DNA of 64,000 nt, taken from Isurus oxyrinchus (lineage: Eukaryota). Position 1 is the first letter of the stretch. Every line of letters starts with the position of its first letter. Of the stretch, positions 12,527 to 25,600 are shown piece after piece. A program made the position numbers and the translations under genes. Location of the stretch: assembly GCA_026770705.1 (NCBI GenBank), contig JANJGN010000001.1:128588001-128652000 (forward strand), written 5' to 3'. The notes below the pieces were generated by a model. The model was not told where the DNA came from. It was given only the letters and a program-made list of their open reading frames with translations, and made no database searches.

Positions 12527-13334
12527 CACCCGTCAGAACGCGTCACACTGCAATTTAACCACTTTGCGTGCACCCCCACCCGCAGCCCCCCCCCACCCCC
12601 CCCCCCACCAACAACGCAACCATTACTTGTCCAGCACCTTTATAGGAGGAGGGAGGAGAGTGCGTGGCTTATATAGACAGCTTTCAAATACATTGACATG
12701 AAAGTGGCAACTTATAATGGTAAACAACAAGAGGAATTTCGCTGAGGCATAACAGATTGTTAATATTAATAAATGCTACTTTCAGTATTTTATGATCGCT
12801 CTCTGTCAGTATTTACCTACTGGCAGCTTGTTATAATGGCACTGAGACAATTGACTTTGATAGTGGGTAGGGTTTAGCTGGGGCTGTGGGCGGAGGGGTG
12901 GATTTCGGGTCTTCCAGTTTGGTGTCTGAGGTGATGAGCGGCAATGAACCACAATGTGGCATTAATTGAGCTCAACTTCAATTTCTGAACATTATCACAT
13001 CTTCGAAGTAGATACATGAGGTAGACTTTTCACCAGATGTAAAAATATGAAAATATAACTGGGGGCAACTGTAGCTTCAACTCTTGTCCAGGGTGTAAAT
13101 TTGGTAATGTTCTAGTAATCTGCTTTTCAGGTTCAAATCTTCTGTGTTATTTGACGTATCTTTGGCTAAAGCTGAAGGAAATGGGACACGACAGTAAAAA
13201 GACTTTGTTTTTTAATTTAGCACCCTTGCCCACAGCCAGTAAAAGATCATCACCATGTAGCTCATCTCAAAGATTAAAACATGTTGACCATGAGAATTCT
13301 CAGCTGTTCTGTGGACTCCCAACATAAACTTATA

Positions 13335-13790
13335 CAGAATTACATTGAAATTACAGCCCTGAAACAGGCCATTCGGTCCAACGGGTCTATGCTTATGTTT
13401 GTGCTTCACATAAGCCTTTTCCCTCTCTACTTCATCTAATCCTATCAAAATACTCTCATATTCCTTTCTCCCTCATGTATTAATCTAGCTTCCCATTAAA
13501 TGGCTTTTTGCTATTATCCTCAGCCACTCCATGTGTTAGTGGGTTGTTCATTCTCACCACTCTGAGTAAAGATGTTTCTCCTGAAATCCTTATTGGATTT
13601 ATTAGTCTATTTTATATTTATGACCTTTAGTTTTGAACTCCTCCACAAATGGAAGCATATTTTCTGCATCTACCCTATTAAACCCCTGCACAAAATTTAA
13701 AAATCACTATCCGATCTCCAATTTTGGCCTAACCAAGGTTCTGTATAAATCTAAAACAGCTTCTCTGGTTTTCAATACTCTCCCTCTAGA
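13335..13790 (-). mobile_element. Degraded CR1 LINE 3' fragment
   Basis: aacaggccattcggtcc tail and tttctcctgaa...ttattggattt. Homologous to 20455-20950. Confidence 0.65.
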
Positions 13791-14654
13791 AGTTGATCTT
13801 TGAAAGGAATCCACAAGAACACCTGCATCTCCTGGCCCAGCCTTGTGCTCAAGTCTCCAGGATGGCCATGTCTGACTGAGCCTCCATCACTCCTTCAAAG
13901 GCAACCGATATCAAGCGAGGAGGTGAGACTGTAGGCGGGTGCTCTGAACATCAGAGCATCGGAGTTCCTTGTTAATACTGAGATTGTGCTGCAATAGAAT
14001 ACGTGCTTTAAGTTGGTAATCAAACACAGCTGACCCCAATTGGGGAAGGAGTCGGGAATCATTGCAAGAGTAAATAAACTAGTTCACTCTAGGAGGAACC
14101 AGGATTAGAGGAGGTGATGACGTAGTGGTATTGTCACTGGACTAGTAATCTAGAGACCCAGAGTAATGCTCTGGGGACCGGGGTTCAAATCCCACCACGG
14201 CAGATGATGGAATTTGAATTAAATAAAAATCTAGGAGGAACCGGGGAGAGTCTGTGATTTTGCTTTGCTGTATTGGAAATGAGCCTGGATTCAGGTACAG
14301 GCTAGCTTCAGACTTATTCTTCCTCAACATACAATAATTGGATTTAACATTCTTATGCTTGGATTTTCTTTGGGACTTGGCACAATGCCAGTCCCTGAGA
14401 GGGACCAAATGAGGGTCCACTGGGCAGGGGAGGGCAGGGCTTTAGTTCAGATCATGGATTGGACTCTCTGGAAATTTGACCAGAAGCATTTCTTTTTTTT
14501 GATTGACATTCCCTGAGAGGATTTTCAAGGCTGTTGTCTACAACTGATAGAGGTCCCTTTGTATGATATGTGCTTCCCCGTTTATTGCAGACCTCTGTTA
14601 GATGATTCTTGTTCTTTGCTACTTGATCAAAAAAATGCTGTTTAGTCCAGATAC

Positions 14655-14785
14655 CTGTGGCTGGGTGTGTGAGTAACTGTCGTAGAGTGATGGGTTGTCG
14701 ATGTGTAGTGACTTGTTGAGAACGAGGTTTCTGTTTCCCGCTCAATGACATGCTCAGTGGATCCAGGGTTTTTCATTATATATTG
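14655..14785 (-). CDS. NRG1: NRG1 cytoplasmic exon 2: QYIMKNPGSTEHVIERETETSFSTSHYTSTTHHSTTVTHTPSH(S)
   Basis: 131 nt, acceptor tttcttttcag, donor gtatct, in frame with both neighbours. Confidence 0.96.
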
Positions 14786-16309
14786 CTGAAAAGAAATAGT
14801 GCAAGTTTAGAAAACAAAGTGCATCACAATAAAAGGTCATCAAACAGGCCCATTAAACCCACTCTTTCCACTGGCTGTTTATGACTTATCACCATCATAG
14901 ACGTTATCCTCCACTCAAGATCTCCTCCTTTTCCTAATCCTTATGAAATCTATTGGAATGGCAACAAATGGCAGGAGTCCACAGTTGGCGGAATGTTAAA
15001 GACAAAATTAAAGCTTATCTGCACTTTTTAAAAACTGTGTCTTTCTTTATTAAGATGTACCAACCAGTTTAGTGTTCTGATTGACATGTTGGCTGGTTAT
15101 TAATACGCTGCAGGCATAAAAGAAAATCAGACACACAAAAACCACTTGTTTAAAAAAATTAAGAAATGTTATCTTTTTTGCTACATCCTATTTCATTGTT
15201 AAAACCCCAGGCAGGTTCTTGAATGAATACAGAACATGGAAGGACGCAATTGCTAATTGCACATCTCAGTAGAGAAAGGCTCACAACAAAGGAGATTCTG
15301 TTTTCAGTGTGAATTGTATAACGTTCAATATTTTGGCAAAAGTATTAATACAGGAATAATGAACGACTTGGCATTCATGCTGCTAGGCATGCTGAGAAAA
15401 CATTTTCAATGGTATAAGGCCTGATTTTATAGGCACATCATTGTGAGTGTCTAATTAAGTAACTTGTGCCTAATGAACCATTTGGATTGTCATAACCTTG
15501 GCCATATTATCACCAGTGTTATTACTGACGTTCGTGGCCAATTATTTAACAACTCTACCCTACAATATTATCTCAAGCTAAACAGTGCTGCACATTAATT
15601 TCATACCCAGTAGAATCATGTGGCATCAACTGACATACTTTATACCAAGTCCTGGACTCTTACTGAGGGCTCAGTATTCGAAGTTGCCATTAAATTACTG
15701 ATTCCGATTGGAAAACAGCTCCACTATCTCGGAGAAGAGCTGCACGTGATGGCATCCGTCAAGAAGAGGTAGGAAATTTTGATTGGCTCCATGTTACATT
15801 AAGGGACCTCAGAATAAAGCGGGCATAAATCTGGTGCTGAAAAATCATCACACTGGCTGAAAATAAATGAGTTACAGCTACTTGGAAATCAGGTAATGGA
15901 AGATGCTGCTGCACTCCAATCTTCAATAAATGGAGCACTCCAAACTTCTGTTCCAATGTACTAGAATGATGCCAGAATTACCTACTGCAGTGGCACACTT
16001 TGCCAGAAATGTTAAAGGAAAAGAGGCATGACCGACCAAATTAGTCATGATAAAAATTTGTTGTTGTTTTTGTGTTTGTCCATTTACTTGTTGTGTTTAC
16101 AATGTAGTGCTTGCTAAAGAGTAAAAATATGGAAATGCAATAAAACACATTTAAATTAGGTTGAGTAGCAGTAACGGGATACATTTGCAATGTCTTACCA
16201 AATTGAGGACAGGCTGGAAATTGTTCGACTCAATATTCCAATTTGACCTACTGCCATACAGATAATTTCCAATTTGTAAAGGTTGTCTGTGTGTATTTCT
16301 GTTATTGGA

Positions 16310-16935
16310 GTCATAGAGATATTAATGGCACAGGAGGCGGCCATTCAACTTATTAAGCCCATGCCGGCTCCCTGCGGAGCAATCCATCAGTCCAACTCCC
16401 CCACTTACTTCCTGTGGCCCTGCAAATGTTTACTTCCTTCAAGTGCCCATTCAAATTCCTTCTGCAATCACTGATTGCTTCCGTATCCACCACTCTCATG
16501 GGCAGCGAGTTCCAGGTCATTATCATTCGCTGCATAAAACATTCCCCCTGAATCTCTCGCTCAAAATCTTAAATCTGTCCCCCACCCTGGTCCTTGTACA
16601 GTCAGCTAACGGGAAGCGTTTTGTCTGCCTACCTTATCTGAGCCTGTCAATAACTTGTAAACCTCTATCAAATCCGCCCTTAAATCTCCTTTGCTCCAAG
16701 GAGAATGAATTCAGCCTTTCCAACCTCACCTCGTAACTAAACTATCACCACCATCCCCAGCAACACCCCCCGCGCACCCCCCCCAACCCCACAACACCCC
16801 CCCCACCCCCACCCCCCCCAACCCCCATCCCTGGAACTATTCTTGTAAATCTCTGCATCCTCTCAAGGACCTCCACATCCTTCCTAAAGTGTGGTGACCG
16901 GAACCGGACGCAATACTCAAGTTGGGGTTCCTCCA
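16310..16935 (-). mobile_element. CR1 LINE 3' fragment with an internal C-rich tract (16745-16830)
   Basis: Minus strand translates as QLEYCVRFRSPHFRKDVEVLERMQR and WNSLP. Confidence 0.85.
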
Positions 16936-17159
16936 GTTGCATTCCCAGAGGATATGGTAGTTTAGCTTCAATTCCACCTCATGTATCCACCAGTTTAATC
17001 ATTCCACTATTGGTGGCCATGCCTTCAGCTGTCTAGGTTCCAAGCTCTGGAATTGTCTTCCAAAAAACAACCCTCTGCCTCCATACCTCTCCCCTCCTTT
17101 TAAGGCGCTCCTTAAAATCCACTACTTTGATAAAGCTTTTGCCCATCTTTTCCTAATAG

Positions 17160-17470
17160 TGGGGGAGACAGTGGCACAGTGGTATTGTCACTAGACCAGT
17201 ATGCCAGAGACCCAGTGTAATCCACCACAGCAGATGGCGAAATTTGAATTCAATAAAAATTTGGAATTAAGAGTCTACTGGTGACCCTGAAACTATTGTT
17301 GTAAAAGTCCATCTGGTTCACCAATGCCCTTTAGGGAAGGAAATCTGCAGTCCTTACCTGGCCTACATGTGACTCCAGACCCACAGCAATGTGGTTGACT
17401 CTTAAAAAATGCCCTCTGCACAAGGGCAATGAATGCTGGCCCACCAGCAATGCCCACATCCAGTAAATTT
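17160..17470 (+). mobile_element. tRNA-derived shark SINE, same family as 10075-10420
   Basis: gtggcacagtggtattgtcact head and catctggttcaccaatgccctttagggaagg core. Confidence 0.7.
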
Positions 17471-18032
17471 TTAAAAATCTTCTTGTTTGATTGACGAAGA
17501 GCCATGGGATGTCTTACTATGTTGAAAAGCTTCAACCTCAATGAACTGGTGATATTATATTGACACACTCATAAAATGCCATTAGTTCTATATTGTATCT
17601 TAAAAATTCATCAATTTATGGTGAAGAGATGCACCAGGAGTTCAAATTCTCCACAAATTGTTGGATGATTAAGTTTTACTTTAATTTTAATTTTGGTCTT
17701 TATTCTCTCAATTCTCATCCAATTTCTCTTTCCATCTCCAATTTGACTATAATTTATCCCATTTCCTTCCCCGTTGTTCTCTGTTTCTTTCACTATTCTT
17801 TTGCTTCATTGGCTAAGGAGATAGACCACTGGGCCCAGCTTGCATGAGGTTCCTGTTATCAAACATATTTTCAGTAATCTGCAGTGCACAAATAATACAA
17901 CCAGAGGGGTGAGGCAAAAAAATCAAGGCATTTGCCATGATATGCCCCATCCAGGCAATTTCTGGGCCACTATCACAATGCTATTAATCCTATATCGTAG
18001 CTACTGACACAATATTGCTAAATCTACATAAT

Positions 18033-18657
18033 GGGCAGAATATTGCGCTCGTCGGGTGGGTGTGCGCCTGACCGAAATGAGCATAAAGTGCCGCACAATG
18101 GCGTCGGGCGAACGTCCAGACGTTATCGCGCACTCGCGCGATATTTCGGTCGACGGGCGCGCGCAGGAGTCGGCAGCGCGCCCGTCGACAATTAAGCGGC
18201 CTATTAAGGCCCGTAATCAATTAATCGACTCAAATCTTCCGCTGCCAGTCCAACTGTTCGGCCGGCGGAAAGACCAAACGGCCTGCGCATTTTTGGCGAA
18301 ACTTCATCCACGGGGCGAGGTGAGGTTTCAACCAGCGATTTAAAAATCATTTAAAACTTTTAACATGTCCTTGCTCATGATAGTCATGAGGGGGTCATGC
18401 GTTCATTATTTTTAATATCTTTATTTTTAGCGTTAAAAATCTTCAGCTCTCGGAGGTAGATCTGTGCTTTAACTGCGTGCACCCGCACACTTCAGCGCTC
18501 CTCCCAACCCCCCACTCTGGCAGCGCTGTCGCGCACGTTTCATGCTGGCTGGCTGGCTGTTAATTGGCCAGCCAGTGTGAAATCCATGTTAGGGCCTGAT
18601 AGCTTCTAGGCTTTGCAACCGCTCCTAGGCCCGTCCGCCGAGGGCAAAATTCTGCCC
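18033..18657 (-). mobile_element. Inverted copy of the 11886-12526 TIR element
   Basis: Ends gggcagaatatt / aaaattctgccc. Internal gcgcgcaggagtcggcagcgcgcccgtcgac matches the reverse complement of about 12385-12415. Confidence 0.75.
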
Positions 18658-19199
18658 TATATCTACTGACGCACTAACGTAATGCTCTTAATCCGATATT
18701 GTACTACACTAACACACCTACACAGGCTGTTAATTCTGTATTCTATCTATCCACACACTAACACAGTGCTATTAATCTTACATTATATTATTCTGGCACA
18801 TTAACACAACGCTGTTAGTCCTGTACTGTATTTCATGATATATTGCCATTAAACAGATATTGCACTGACTTTTCCTAACATAATTCTAAATTGCATCTGG
18901 TGTTTTTGCCAACTCAACTGTTAAATCTGCTGTACATCTACTAGTGACTTTGATGGCCTCTGCCTATTACAATGATGACACTGATGATATAGCCAGACTT
19001 CAGCTGTTGTACAGCAAACCCCAGAGGTGTTGCAGCACACCCATAGAGATTAATTGTTCTTCGAATCTTTGTAGTCAGCAACCATTTCTTCTGGCCAAGA
19101 GCACTCGCTCTGCTGCATACAGGCTGGTGAAGGGGTTGCTGCATCATCATACCCTATGGCCTATCTGAAGAAACTGGGGAAGGTGTAGATTCACTCGAC

Positions 19200-19655
19200 T
19201 GATATCTGGGATTGAGGGGGCCGTGGGTTACCTTATGAGGAAAAGTTGGACAGGCTGGGTCTGTATCCACTGGCATTCAGGCGAATAAGATGTGATCTTA
19301 TTGAAACATGAGAGGACCTGATAGGGTGGATGCTGAAAGGGCGTTTCCCCTTGCAGGAGAGACCAGAACTCGGGGACACAGTTTAAAAATAAGAGGTCAT
19401 CCATTTAAATCGGAGATGAGGAGAAATCTTTTCTATCAGAGGGACTCTTGCCCAGAGACCAGTGGAGGCAGGGTAACTGAATATTTCTAAGGCAGGGTTA
19501 GATAGATTCTTGACTAACCAGGGAGTCAAAGATTATCAGGGGTGGGTGGGAAAATGGAGTTGAGGCCACAATCAGATCAGCCATGATCTTATTGAATGGT
19601 GGAGCGGGCTCAAGGGGCTGAATGGCCTACTCCTGCTCCTGCTCCTAATTCATAT
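19200..19655 (+). mobile_element. CR1 LINE 3' fragment
   Basis: Translates as ETRTRGHSLKIRGHPFKSEMRRN. Tail gatcagccatgatcttattgaatgg...tggcctactcctgctcct. Confidence 0.85.
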
Positions 19656-19958
19656 GCTCATAGGTGTAATCGTCAGAAGTTGAAGTGCCAAACGTGGCTT
19701 CCAGTGACTGTGTGAGTGCGAACTTTGATCAGGCAGAAGCGCCTGTGGTTTGAAATCTGCTGGACAATTTCGCAGCACAGACAGGAACACTACAGCAGAG
19801 TCGCCTCAATTTGGAGCAGTTCTGTAATGCACAGGAGGCATCACTCAGATAAAACCCCAGTGACACTGGCTGAATGCTGGTAAACCTATATTACAACTCA
19901 GTCACACTGATACAATACAGTTAATGCTCGATTGGGCAAGAATACCAACTCAACTTAC

Positions 19959-20085
19959 ATTTGCCAATTGAACATTGTCTGCCGGAGGGTTTGTGTGGTG
20001 GGGTCCATTTACAAGGTTCACCATGTTGTTGCGCTCGGAGCGGAGACTCTGTCTAAGCCGGTCATGCAGCTTTTTTCGCTGTTTT
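19959..20085 (-). CDS. NRG1: NRG1 cytoplasmic exon 1: KQRKKLHDRLRQSLRSERNNMVNLVNGPHHTNPPADNVQLAN
   Basis: 127 nt, acceptor tacag, donor gtaagt. Contains the basic NLS-like KQRKKLHDRLRQSLRSERNNM typical of NRG1. Confidence 0.97.
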
Positions 20086-20454
20086 CTGTATTGGGTGGCA
20101 GAAGCAATGCAATCAGAGACAAAAATAAACATCAATTAAGTGACATGGATTTCTTTATATTAGAAGGATTAAAACTCCAGCTACGAAGTTGTGACACCTC
20201 ATTTTTTGCAGTGCCAGCATAGCATTCACCCTTAATTCCCAGCCCTTTAAACATGGCTCCTTGTTGAATCCTTCCTCTGCTTCCTGTCCAAACCGAGTGT
20301 TTCTCAAAATAAATATAGGAAAGAACCAACTGAATGGAGGGTTGTATACTGACTGAAGCATACTGCCGTTTGCAGCCAGTGCTACATGGCACAGGCTGTG
20401 GGATACATTTGTAAAAGAAAGTGTCCAAAAGCAATTTCAACCCAAATACTTTAG

Positions 20455-20950
20455 ATAGAAGTACAAAGAATTACAGAAAACCTACAACAGACACAGGCCC
20501 AACTGGTCTAGACTGGTGTTTATGCTCCACACAAGGTAGCTCCTACCCTACTTCATCTCAGCCCATCAACGTATCTTTCTCTGTCTCCTCCCTCATGTGC
20601 TTCCCCAGCTGCCCCTTAAACAGTTAGATTTTTGATCGACTAGGGAATCAAGGGTTATGAGGGGCAGACAGGAAAGCGGAGTTGAGGCCACAGTCAGATC
20701 AGCCATGATCTTATTGAATGGCGGAGCAGGCTCGATGGGTCAAATGCCCCCTGTCCTGATCTTATTTCTAATGTTCTTAAAGGCATCCACCCTATTTTTC
20801 CCTCAACCACTCCACGTGATAGTAAGTTCCAACTACTCTCTGGGTCAAGAGGTTACTCCTGAATTATTTATTGGATCAGTTGTGACGGCCTTATATTTGT
20901 GTCATCTAGTTTTGGAATCCCCCACAAGTGGAAACATCTTCTATTTACTT
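20455..20950 (-). mobile_element. CR1 fragment interrupted by an opposite-strand CR1 tail (20625-20775)
   Basis: The outer parts resemble 13335-13790. The inner part resembles 19500-19650. Confidence 0.6.
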
Positions 20951-22126
20951 AAAAGCTTTCTTTTTCTCCCCTTAAGTAAATATACTGTGCCTTGAATTCA
21001 AATATGAATATTCAGCATCAGAACTTTGCAGAAATACGCTCCTTTTCAGTCCTGTGCTCTAGAGCGGAGTGTGGCCTCTGCATCAAGCCTCTCAAAGTTT
21101 GGGGATGAGATTGGAAACTTGTTGAGGTGAGCGAAAGGTTTCAATAAAATAATATATCTGATGGGGACTATCATTACTTTTAATAATGAGGCTTAATTCA
21201 TTTGTTGGTCTTTACATTTAGAACACTGTAAAACCTCATCCCCTTTGATGCTGATTCACACACCCTTACAGGTAAAATTTAACTTTGGTGGAAACAGCGC
21301 AATCATGGGTTGGCTGCCCATTATGTAACCTGAACAATATTCCTTTCTGTGGACTTTAATGGATGGCTGATCCACTACTGCCCACCTTGTGCCCTCACTA
21401 ATAATTCCCCCCTCATCATTCCAAAACAACTTATAACCAACTTTTCAAACCGCGTTAATCTAAAGGACAAAGAACATGCTCATTATTGACCTGCACATCT
21501 TTTTCAAAAATATTCTCCCCTCAACCCTATGAAGCCCTTGCGACTACAGATCATTTACTGGGGAGAGGAAAGGGACTGGGTGCACCGAACAGGTCACCTG
21601 CTCCCAGGTTTCTGCCAATGTCATTCTTAAAGTCTGCCTCCTTTCGTAAACCTCAAATTTATATCATTCAGTCCCAGTTTCCCTTTCTTTAAGGAAACAG
21701 ATAGAATCATTTAATTTTGTGCTCATCCAGAGGAATCATGCTAAAATTAGGGTATGAAGCACATTCTCACTTGTAGCACCAAAGCTTGAAGCTCCCAGTT
21801 AGGCTACATCATAATTAGTTGCACAGTAGAACTCGCTCCACTTTCCAATTGATGCTTCAGCCCAACCTCAGAAAATCCTACAAAGTAGTTTTTTTGTTAA
21901 TATTTCATTTCCCACACTGGTTATCCTTTCTGAATCACCCTATCAATTAATACCAGGTCATAGAATATCTCGAGCTCGTGGTTCATGGTCACTTGGAACT
22001 GAACTGAAACGGTCCAAAGTCCCTTCACATTAGGCCTTTTCAGTTAACAAAGAGAGCGTTTGGGTTAGGTTTCAACCTCAGTCCCTTCAACAGAGGGTTT
22101 GTTGTGATGTTGGACTTCATCACTAA

Positions 22127-22253
22127 GGGTGGAATTTTCCAGCCCTGTTGCAGCAGGGGAGGGGCAGGGAAATGTGGAGAGGCGTCCATAGGTCCATTCA
22201 CTTCCGCAGGATCGGAAGATCCCACCAGCTGGAGGGGCCAGAAAATTCCGGCC
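22127..22253. mobile_element. 127-bp MITE
   Basis: TIRs gggtggaattttc / gaaaattccggcc, flanks taa/caa. Confidence 0.6.
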
Positions 22254-22541
22254 CAAGCCTCCTATTTGCTGTGCAATTATATATTAAATTTTATCCTTAG
22301 ACTTTAACAAGAGACTCCATCCAAATAGCAGTGAAGTACTTATTTAACAGCTTGAGGCACAGTTAATTTGCTGAGCGCTTTATTATTCTTAAAAATCACT
22401 TTATGGGAAGGCTGACTTTTAAAGAAAACCAATTTTTCCAAGTGCAAAGTCAATTCACTGGGAGGGAGGCAAGGACAGAGCAGTTGAGTTAGTGTCAATT
22501 AGGTTCTTTCTTGGATTTGAAATAATGAAACTTTGGATTAC

Positions 22542-22644
22542 TTTGTTTTGCAGTAAGCCACAACACACATGATGCCAACCACCAGGAGGGCGATACAGAT
22601 CCCTGTTATCGTCAGCACTCGCTTCTGGTACAGCTCCTCAGCTT
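22542..22644 (-). CDS. NRG1: NRG1 transmembrane exon: AEELYQKRVLTITGICIALLVVGIMCVVAYCKT(K)
   Basis: 103 nt, acceptor ttctctcttcag, donor gtaatc. Hydrophobic helix is NRG1-type (ICIALLVVGIMC). Confidence 0.98.
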
Positions 22645-25600
22645 CTGAAGAGAGAAGCAGAAAACAGCAGGTTACAGCCTGAGGTTTGCTATGGAGCCAA
22701 GATGTCATGAAAGTGTAATCATTTCGCTCTGCTGATGAGGAGTAATTGCTCGTACAGCTTCCATTTTCCTCCTGCTTTGTGCTCTCAAAGGCAATTAAAA
22801 CACACAAAATGGAAGCTCACGGCAATTTTTTTTAAAAAAAAGGCAATTCCCAGCTTAGATGAAGCTTTCTGTTTCATTTATGTTTGTTTGGATTCGTGCT
22901 GTGCCTAGGCAGAAATGCAGAACGGACACAGTTTTACACTTAAAATTAGTCTTGTAATTGCAGTTGTGGTATCAGCACTGATGACCACCGGCACTGATGG
23001 CCAGAAAGGCACATGTGAAGACACATGTTGAGTTCTGTCAAGCAGACAAACCAGCCGACAAGAGTGTAATCTGTTGCTAGATTTGTCTGTCTTTTGAAAA
23101 TGAGCACAGCTCTATACATTTAAATACATGCCAATATTCTCAACCATAAATGTCATTCCAAGCATTTCCTTGTCACAATTATGCGTACCATTTCCAATCA
23201 AGAACGTGTCCGTGTTTCAAGTCTTCTACCGAGGCACATGATTAAATTAATCAACTGAAAAAGCAATATATAAGCCAGACAATGCCTTTTTGAACTCCTG
23301 CAGTCCAACTTTAAAAAGTACAGTTCTTGACAATTATACATAAAACTGGAGTTAAATTGTTATTGGGTTTTCACTCATTGATGTTTCCTGCAGCATTTAT
23401 AAGATGCCATATTAGATATTTTTACAGTCGATTCGTTGATTGATTTTCTGTGCAATAGGTCAATGTTTGAAAAGATTTACCTATAATTTTTGAGCATTTT
23501 ATTCATACTTCCTCACCTTCCCCTTGGAGCCGGCTTCATCACCCTTGGATTAACCAAGAGGGATGGGGAAGCAATTGTTAAAGAAACAGTCTTCTTAGAC
23601 ATTGTTCAGTGCAAACTTTTCCCACCTTTCCCCTACCCATATCCACTGACAGAGAAACATCACTGAGTAAAGCACCTTTGAGGTAAATGTCAGAATAGAG
23701 ACCAGCTGATATGACCAGGAACGCTTTTGTTACATTTGAAATAGAATTGACTAATTTTTAAATAAATGTCTGTTATTAAAATGATTTATTATGGGAAAAT
23801 CAGTGCAAAAATCTGAAGTTTCTCACAAGCCAGATTGATGTCCTCTTTAAAAAAAAAGATATCTGTAGGACATACTGGAGAATAAGATGCATGACATTCA
23901 GGGAAGCGAAAGCATCAATCACGGTTCGAGGTAGATTGTGGAACAAAATGGTGATGATTGGCAGGCATTTTGGACCTTAAGGCACACAGACCTGTGCCTG
24001 TTGCAAGGCAAGTCTTCAGATTCTCAGCTAACAGTTCATCTTTGCAGCTTGTTGTTCAGGTGACATGAACTCTTCTGACTTGGCCAGATCTGTTCTGCAT
24101 TTATTATTTCTTTCTGACGCTATAATTTGGTCAATTCGGAAAAAAAAGGGGTAGAGAATTGGACTGGGAAGTAAATTGCAAAGGAGGACCGACTAAAATC
24201 TACAGCATAAATATGCAGGACCATTTAACGGGTGCAGGAACTTTGCAAATACTTCAAATTCTTCCTGATTCTCATTTGTGCAAAAGAGTAACGTTTTCTC
24301 TGGCTGTGTTTTTTTGTTGATATTATTAGCATGGCTTGTCTCTTTTCCTGTACAGCTGGCCAATAGCCATCCTGCTATTTACAACAACAACATGGGACGT
24401 CACGACAGATAGGTCAACACCAAGTCCATACAAGACCGAACATCAATTCAACTGGAATTATTCTGGAAAACTAGTTCGCCAAAGCAGCGAGTGATATATA
24501 AATATATATTCTTTTAAAAAAAGGAAAAGAAAAAAAGATGCCAGAAAGGTAGAGGTTTTGATTTTAAAAAGTAGTTTCAGGTTAAGGAGTCAACTGTAGA
24601 CCTGGCATAGCATGCTTGATAGTGGAAAATAAAATACAGAAACACTTGGAAGAGAGTGATTGAAGCAAAATGCGAAGGGATGCCCCACACAACATAACCA
24701 CCGACTGACTGAACCAGCACAAAAATGAATCACAAGTTACTTGGGTACTTTTAAAAGGGTAAAAATGTAACAATAACGATAAAAATGAAGGTGATTTCAA
24801 TCAAATTAGAATTCAGATCACTTCAAGCATTTGTTTGCTTCCCTCACCAGCAATCACGGACAGGCATATAAACGTCTTCAATTAAAACAGAACTTTTTAA
24901 TCAATGTCTCGCACAATTTCCTGAGGCCTTCTGGACCCGAAGGCTTCTGTGCAAAAGAGGAAGGAATCTGTATCATTTAATCTGTTGTTTCTCCATTGTC
25001 CGCAGTTCCAGATCTTTGGGAATTACTGGAAGGACGTGTGCTGATGGCCTTGTCCTGTGCATCAACACTAATCAGCTAAAAATGCTCAAGGCCGGTTCAT
25101 CTGGGAACACCGTGTTCCTCCCTTGACAGCAAAATGGGAATCCAGAAGAGGATTTGCCATCGTGCACTGGGGGCTTGCTACAGCCCTGAAAGGGATAATA
25201 TATTACCAGACATTAGGCTCTGGAGTCATGTGCTGATCAATGAGACTACAAGTCATTTAATTGCAAGATGCTTTTATTTCCAAAGTGGGTTCAAATTGGC
25301 CCAAATAAGTGGCAGTAAACGTTTTGGCTTATAGTTAAATTAAACAAGGGAGGGAGGTGTGGAGGGGGGTGGATGGTTTGGTGGAAAGATCTTTTGAACT
25401 CTCCAGAGAATCAGTCATTAAAGATTCGAATATAGAATCTGGCCAGTCAGTAAAGATCGCTTTGTATTATTGCAATCTTCAGCCAGAAATATCATTTGCT
25501 TTTTACAAGTGTATTTGTTATCCTTATAAATAGACTCAATTTCCATTTGTGGCATTGTTAGACCACTCTCACTGCGGATCACAAGCTTGTACTCTTCAAT

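Noticed and set aside
22730-22760. Other CTGATGA occurrences (22732, 46621, 56874) as hammerheads
   Set aside because: No properly spaced GAAA with supporting stems.
22538-22807. 89-aa ORF ending at CKTK* as a tailless isoform (likewise the gamma-type Q* at 43641-43646)
   Set aside because: Any phase-2 GTAA donor creates an in-frame TAA, so the stop alone is not evidence of an isoform. The upstream part of the ORF is intron.
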